Source of the DNA: an uncultured Flavobacteriaceae bacterium | GTDB lineage: Bacteria; Bacteroidota; Bacteroidia; NS11-12g; UBA955 | DNA: 64,000 nt | Assembly: GCA_964586595.1 (NCBI GenBank) | Contig: CAZPHB010000016.1 | Coordinates: 39 to 64,038 of the forward strand | Direction of reading: 5' to 3' | Shown here: positions 59,779 to 64,000 of the stretch, in pieces | How the letters are laid out: each line of letters begins with the position of its first letter | Position numbering within the stretch: the stretch's first letter is position 1 | Position numbers and translations under genes: made by a program | Notes under the pieces: generated by a model | Seen by the model: the letters and a program-made list of their open reading frames with translations, nothing else | Databases searched by the model: none | Told to the model about the DNA's origin: nothing

Positions 59779-61361
59779 TATTGCAACATGAGGCGGTTTA
59801 CATACCATGTATGGCCGGAGTTCACTTTCACCATATAAGAGCCCGCAGGAAGGCCGGGCAGGCTTATTTCACTGCCGGAAACCAGCTTTGGGTTTTCCAT
59901 CACCAAACGTCCGTTGAGGTCATAAACCAACAGCCTGCCGGTTTCGCCGGGCGACCAGCTCAGTTGGACCTTGCCCGAAGCCGGGTTGGGCGTGATGTGC
60001 AGTCGGCCCATAGGGTTTATTTCCCGTTTTTCTGCTGTTAGCGGGGCGGGTCCGGCAGGGTATTCATCGCAGTCTGAACTGCTGATGTTCCGGAAGCGTG
60101 CTGCGCTGATGGTGATGGTTTTGTAAGTGCTCCAGCCGCAGATATTACGCGTGCGCACCTTCACCGTAACGTCGCTGTTGGGATTCAATGCCCATGCCGA
60201 ACCAAAATCGCAAAAATCCGTGCCGATGGTCTGACCACTCAGGGTATAAGTACCGCTGCCATTGTCAAAACTCCATTCCCATTCCTCTATCGTTGGGTCG
60301 TCGTTCGTGGTCCAGAACAACACATTCCGACGGCAAACACAGAGATCACCCAACTCACCATCCCAGCTAATTTGAGGCATGTCCGGAACGCCCGCCGGAA
60401 TTTTAATGCGGTGCATCAGGATTTGTTCTCCGCAAGGAGAGGATGCTTTCAGGTCGATGTCCACAAAACCGAAATTCCCAGCATTAGCTGCCACGGTAAA
60501 AGTATAACAACGACCATTCTCAATTGCATTAGTAACAGTAGGAAGAGAAACGCTATCAGTACTACCCACCTGATAATCCCATTGATAATTGGTACAAGGC
60601 AGCGAATCTACGCACAGGGTAACCGTACCCGTGGAGCAGATTACATTCGGCCAAACGCCCGTTTTGGTGAGTTGCGGCATGCGGGTAATGGTCACCGAAC
60701 CGGTGTTTCCCGCAAGGGTTTTGTCGCAGCCTTTAGGCCATACGGTGACCTGTACCTTTGCCCCATTTTGACCATTGGCCGGCGTTACGAGCACAGAAGG
60801 ACTTCCCTGTCCTGAATTCAGTGTCCAGCCACCGGGTAGAGTCCATTCGTAGTTATAGTCACCACCACCACTTCCGGCTGAAAAAAAGTATGAGTTGTTA
60901 TCGCAACAGGGAATGTAATCTGGGCCTACAATGTTTACCACTTCCGGAGGACATTTGGGTGTTACCCAAATGGTTTTTGTGGCAAGGAATGTTTTTGAAG
61001 ACACACAAATCCGAGAAATTACATTTCCGGCAGTATCCGTGGTTTCTACCAACTGATACGTCACACAATAGGCATCGCAACGAAGGAAATTCCCACCTGC
61101 CGGACAATCCCATTTAACCACAGCACCTGTTGCACTTTGTGATTGAATCAAACCTCCTCCGCAAGACCATTCATATTGCGTTTCCGGGTTGTAGGTGACG
61201 CCGTTGGCTGTGCACGATTGCCCGGAACAATTGGCGCCAGTTAAACTCATGGTGTAGGAATAATTTACACCTTTACATGGATTAGTCTCGCCGCTCAGCG
61301 ACAGGGTTTGAGCCGATAGCCCCCCCCCGCAAGAACCAGACCAAGAATGCAGCCTTTCCAA
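59778..61361 (-). CDS. Cys/Trp-rich secreted protein with T9SS type-A (Por) C-terminal sorting domain; start ambiguous around a poly-G tract (may extend to ATG ~61403)
   Basis: C-terminus 'LHITPNPASGKVQLSW...LLVYDLNGRLVMEN...LPAGSYMVKVN'; the ORF track starts at TTG 61361 with no signal peptide, but an ATG ~40 nt upstream encodes MNIKFNFSLLRPSFWKGCILGLVLAGG in the adjacent frame. Confidence 0.7.
   Translation of the reverse strand: MERLHSWSGSCGGGLSAQTLSLSGETNPCKGVNYSYTMSLTGANCSGQSCTANGVTYNPETQYEWSCGGGLIQSQSATGAVVKWDCPAGGNFLRCDAYCVTYQLVETTDTAGNVISRICVSSKTFLATKTIWVTPKCPPEVVNIVGPDYIPCCDNNSYFFSAGSGGGDYNYEWTLPGGWTLNSGQGSPSVLVTPANGQNGAKVQVTVWPKGCDKTLAGNTGSVTITRMPQLTKTGVWPNVICSTGTVTLCVDSLPCTNYQWDYQVGSTDSVSLPTVTNAIENGRCYTFTVAANAGNFGFVDIDLKASSPCGEQILMHRIKIPAGVPDMPQISWDGELGDLCVCRRNVLFWTTNDDPTIEEWEWSFDNGSGTYTLSGQTIGTDFCDFGSAWALNPNSDVTVKVRTRNICGWSTYKTITISAARFRNISSSDCDEYPAGPAPLTAEKREINPMGRLHITPNPASGKVQLSWSPGETGRLLVYDLNGRLVMENPKLVSGSEISLPGLPAGSYMVKVNSGHTWYVNRLMLQ
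61320..61329 (-). repeat. homopolymeric poly-G (coding strand) / poly-C (+ strand) tract of 9-10 nt at the signal-peptide/body junction
   Basis: Read directly: 'gatagc' then 'ccccccccc' then 'gcaag'; exact length uncertain by +/-1 against the ORF-track frame. Confidence 0.8.
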
Positions 61362-61757
61362 AATGATGGCCGCAATAACGAAAAATTAAATTTTATGTTC
61401 ATGATATGTATATATTAGCATTGGCAAGATATTTTTTTTAATTCATAATTCCAAATGTAAGCACCTTTAGAAATCAAGGCCGTAATTATTTTTCCAGGCG
61501 CATTTTGCTGATTCAGATGGCCTTCGATCGGTTATGTTATTGATTTTCAATTAGTTAAATTCTTTTTGAAGCATTTCAGCAATAACCCGCTTCATGAGTT
61601 AGGTCAAAGATTCTTCCAGCAAAACAATCCTCAGCCCGGCACTTCCGTGCTGCCGTCGGCGTGTTTGGCGAAGCGGATTCGCAAAACCTACGATGACCAT
61701 GAAACAGCTAATACTCTGTTTTTGGCTGTGTAAAAGCGCTGAATACTTATGTCTTGC
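61362..61757. promoter_or_regulatory. AT-rich 396-bp intergenic region between cassette units (terminator of unit 2 / promoter and leader of the type-A-CTD gene)
   Basis: Markedly AT-rich compared with the flanks; the only sizeable noncoding gap in the tandem array. Confidence 0.5.
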
Positions 61758-63950
61758 TTATAGCAGGTGAAACACCCCCTTGAACAGTTTCACCTGCGTG
61801 CAGATGCTTTTGCCCCTTATCAGGTATATGTACACGCCTTTCGGTGCGGGTTTACCATTGATGGTGCCATCCCAGAATGTTTTCTTATCGGTAGTGGAAA
61901 ACACCATTTCGCCCCAGCGGTTGTAGATCTCGCAGCGGTAGGATTCCAGTTCCTCCAAACCCGTAATCTGAAAGGTTTCATTCAGCGCATCTCCGTTGGG
62001 ACTGAACGCATTCGGAATCAGCAGCGTATAACCCGGTATTTCCTCGCGCACCCGAAACTGCCAGGTGCTGTCGTAACATCTGTTTTTCAAGTTTACCCAG
62101 TAGTTACCGGGCGTATCCACCTCCAGTATGCGGCCACGTGCGCCGGTATTCCATGACACCGCAGTGGCCGGCGGTGGATTTACCGTGATAAATGTGCTGT
62201 TGCGGTCTTTGCAGATGACATACATCTCATCCACCGGCCGGGCAGGTTCCGGAATCACCTTCACCTCAAAAGTGTCTTCCATGGCCGTACAGCCAAAGTC
62301 TAAGCGACGGCGATACATACCCGCCTCACCAACCCTCAGGGTATCGCCCTGCTGCACATAGCGGTTGTTGTGGTACCAAGAGGTACTGCGTTGACCATAG
62401 CTACTGTCGCTGCGCAACAGGAATTGCTGGCCGTAACACAACACCGTATCCGGCAGCGGCGGCGGTGTGCGTATGGCTTGCACCCGGAAGTTGCTGTGCG
62501 CGCTGTCCAGCAGGTTGCAGCTCCAGCGGTAATAAAGTGTGGTGCGGTAGGTGCCGGTATCGGCAGGTGTAAAGCGGAAGGAATCCGCGTAGGACACATA
62601 TACCACTTTACCCGAAGGGTCACTCACCTTCCATTCCATACGAATAAAATCGCGGTAGTAATCGGCCTTCACCGCGTGCGGTACCCCGGCACAGGCCGTG
62701 CGCCCTTGAACCACCTGAACACCAGGGTTGTAGTAGGCGCCGAAAGGGATGTAGTCCTCATCAGGGAAATATGGGTCGTAAATATCAAATGAATCTATGG
62801 GGAAACCATTGTAAGCACTTTGATCAATACTATCCCAGGGAATGTAAAACGATTCAGGTTCATAACCGCAGGCCGCTCCTTCCCGATCCGGGTAGGGAAT
62901 AATGTCCGGATATTTCCTGGTAGTGATGCCCACCAACAATTGACCGGTGGGCAGTAAATGGATGAAGGGGCTGCCGACCGAACCTTTTTGATACCCTCTG
63001 ATGGCGATGGTTCTGGCCTTGATGCTGTCTTTATGTAGCACCGTAACATCGGCCTGGTACAGCGTATCCCGATGTATGTAATACAACTTCCGTCCATTCA
63101 GCGAATAACTCAGCGTGCCACTGATCGGACTGGGAAGCAGCATCAGGGACTCCGGGTCAATCAGCATTTTCTCCCGATCAAAGCGATGTATGCCAAAACC
63201 ACGCGCATCTCCGCCTAATATGCAATGACTTAAATCTGGAGAAAATGCGTAGATCTTTGCACGACCGGGTGTAGAAGGTGAACCTTTTAAAGACTGTATC
63301 ACCCGCCGTACACATTTGCCATTCACAACCTCTGCCATCTCCGTAAAATAAACCTCAGGAAATCCGGCTTTTTTATTGGAGCCGCCGCCATATAGAAATA
63401 CCCTTGAACAATCAGGGGTGTATATCACATTTCTAACAATATTACTAAAATTATAATTTGAAAAAATTATGGAAGTATCGGTGAAACGGGAAGTATCCGC
63501 AGACAAATTTAGAAGATAATGAAATCCATCAGGATAACGTTTGGTATAATAATAATGGCTGTAATAGCGCAATATACTTGAACGATGATGATCTGGCATC
63601 TGTAGCATGAAGGTGGACCACCAACCGCAATCTTCATATTTGGGGAAGGCGCTGTCGGCCTGCAGGTAGCGGTTTACGATGCGTTCCCCGCATTGTCTGC
63701 CGTTCAGTTTTACACCCAGATAAAAATCACCCGCAGAGTCGGTTAAATAAGACATGTATCGGCTAAAAGAGGAATTATATTCGGTAGGCTTGTAAAACGT
63801 TGGCGGATACTGTTTGAAATCCACAACATACCCGCGATTGCCAATGGACCAGATATTGTGGTTCCTGAGCTGCGCCTGCAAAATATCCGGACCCATGGCC
63901 CCCAAGAGGGCCATGAGTCCGAATACTATGCGTTTCAAGGGGTGAGCCAT
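61758..63950 (-). CDS. secreted protein with T9SS type-B C-terminal domain, paralog copy 2
   Basis: Start at M11 (ATG 63948-63950, signal peptide MAHPLKRIVFGLMALLGAMGPDILQAQ), again a TAATG overlap with the upstream gene; C-terminus identical in type to copy 1. Confidence 0.7.
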   Translation of the reverse strand: MAHPLKRIVFGLMALLGAMGPDILQAQLRNHNIWSIGNRGYVVDFKQYPPTFYKPTEYNSSFSRYMSYLTDSAGDFYLGVKLNGRQCGERIVNRYLQADSAFPKYEDCGWWSTFMLQMPDHHRSSILRYYSHYYYTKRYPDGFHYLLNLSADTSRFTDTSIIFSNYNFSNIVRNVIYTPDCSRVFLYGGGSNKKAGFPEVYFTEMAEVVNGKCVRRVIQSLKGSPSTPGRAKIYAFSPDLSHCILGGDARGFGIHRFDREKMLIDPESLMLLPSPISGTLSYSLNGRKLYYIHRDTLYQADVTVLHKDSIKARTIAIRGYQKGSVGSPFIHLLPTGQLLVGITTRKYPDIIPYPDREGAACGYEPESFYIPWDSIDQSAYNGFPIDSFDIYDPYFPDEDYIPFGAYYNPGVQVVQGRTACAGVPHAVKADYYRDFIRMEWKVSDPSGKVVYVSYADSFRFTPADTGTYRTTLYYRWSCNLLDSAHSNFRVQAIRTPPPLPDTVLCYGQQFLLRSDSSYGQRSTSWYHNNRYVQQGDTLRVGEAGMYRRRLDFGCTAMEDTFEVKVIPEPARPVDEMYVICKDRNSTFITVNPPPATAVSWNTGARGRILEVDTPGNYWVNLKNRCYDSTWQFRVREEIPGYTLLIPNAFSPNGDALNETFQITGLEELESYRCEIYNRWGEMVFSTTDKKTFWDGTINGKPAPKGVYIYLIRGKSICTQVKLFKGVFHLL

Positions 63951-64000
63951 TACTGTAACATGAGGCGGTTTACATACCATGTATGGCCGGAGTTCACTTT
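63950..64000 (-). CDS. 3' end (last ~16 codons) of a third gene, homologous to the type-A-CTD gene at 59778..61361, truncated by the window edge
   Basis: The reverse complement of 63950-64000 encodes ...KVNSGHTWYVNRLMLQ*, identical to the C-terminus of the 59778..61361 product. Confidence 0.5.
   Translation of the reverse strand, partial: KVNSGHTWYVNRLMLQ

Larger units (their letters stand above)
57586..64000 (-). repeat. tandem duplication of a two-gene cassette (period 4172 bp; unit 1 57586-61757, unit 2 61758->64000)
   Basis: 57586 aligns with 61758 and 59780 with 63952; hundreds of bp are identical between the units. Confidence 0.85.

Noticed and set aside
59779-59808. N-terminal 10 codons (MVCKPPHVAI...) of the 740-aa track ORFs at 57586..59808 and 61758..63980
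   Set aside because: They overlap the upstream gene's 3' end; the internal ATG gives a proper signal peptide and a TAATG coupling, so M11 is preferred.
61320-61361. Treating the TTG at 61361 as the genuine start of the type-A-CTD protein
   Set aside because: It yields a T9SS cargo without a signal peptide, which is functionally implausible; the upstream ATG + signal peptide across the G-tract is the more likely ON-state start (see finding).
1-64000. tRNA, rRNA, tmRNA, transposase/integrase genes
   Set aside because: Searched by eye for cloverleaf-sized conserved motifs and for IS-like ORFs; none recognised.

Overview
64-kb chromosomal segment of a Bacteroidetes bacterium, judged from SusC/SusD, a GldH-like lipoprotein, T9SS type-A and type-B C-terminal sorting domains, and a Rho with a large Q-rich N-terminal insertion; ~55% GC except a lower-GC 5' end. 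Mostly core genes: rho, yifB/comM, lpxK, clpC-like, dnaB, htrA with an ECF sigma/anti-sigma pair, dapF, ccp, the rpsP-rimM-trmD operon, lysS and trxB. Four things stand out. (1) A ~14-kb minus-strand array (24.1-38.1 kb) holds a complete cbb3 oxidase/Fix cluster (ccoI-ccoS-ccoNO fused-ccoQ-ccoP-ccoG-ccoH-TauE-like). It is flanked by a tandem-Usp gene on one side and by Hsp20 plus a two-component pair on the other. The histidine kinase carries a FixL-type heme-PAS domain and the response regulator is a REC-Crp/Fnr hybrid, i.e. a condensed FixL-FixJ-FixK logic. (2) A tandemly duplicated two-gene cassette (period 4172 bp, at least two units, the second cut by the window end) encodes a T9SS type-A-CTD protein translationally coupled (TAATG) to a T9SS type-B-CTD protein. 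The type-B paralogs are mosaic (near-identical flanks, divergent internal patches). The type-A gene has a 9-10 nt poly-G tract exactly between a signal-peptide-encoding ATG and the body ORF, a candidate slipped-strand phase-variation switch. (3) A low-GC Mrr type-IV restriction islet lies at the 5' end. (4) Repeat- and palindrome-rich noncoding blocks at 1.5-1.8 kb, 2.2-2.9 kb and 14.8-15.06 kb share motifs with each other. No rRNA, tRNA or CRISPR was found.
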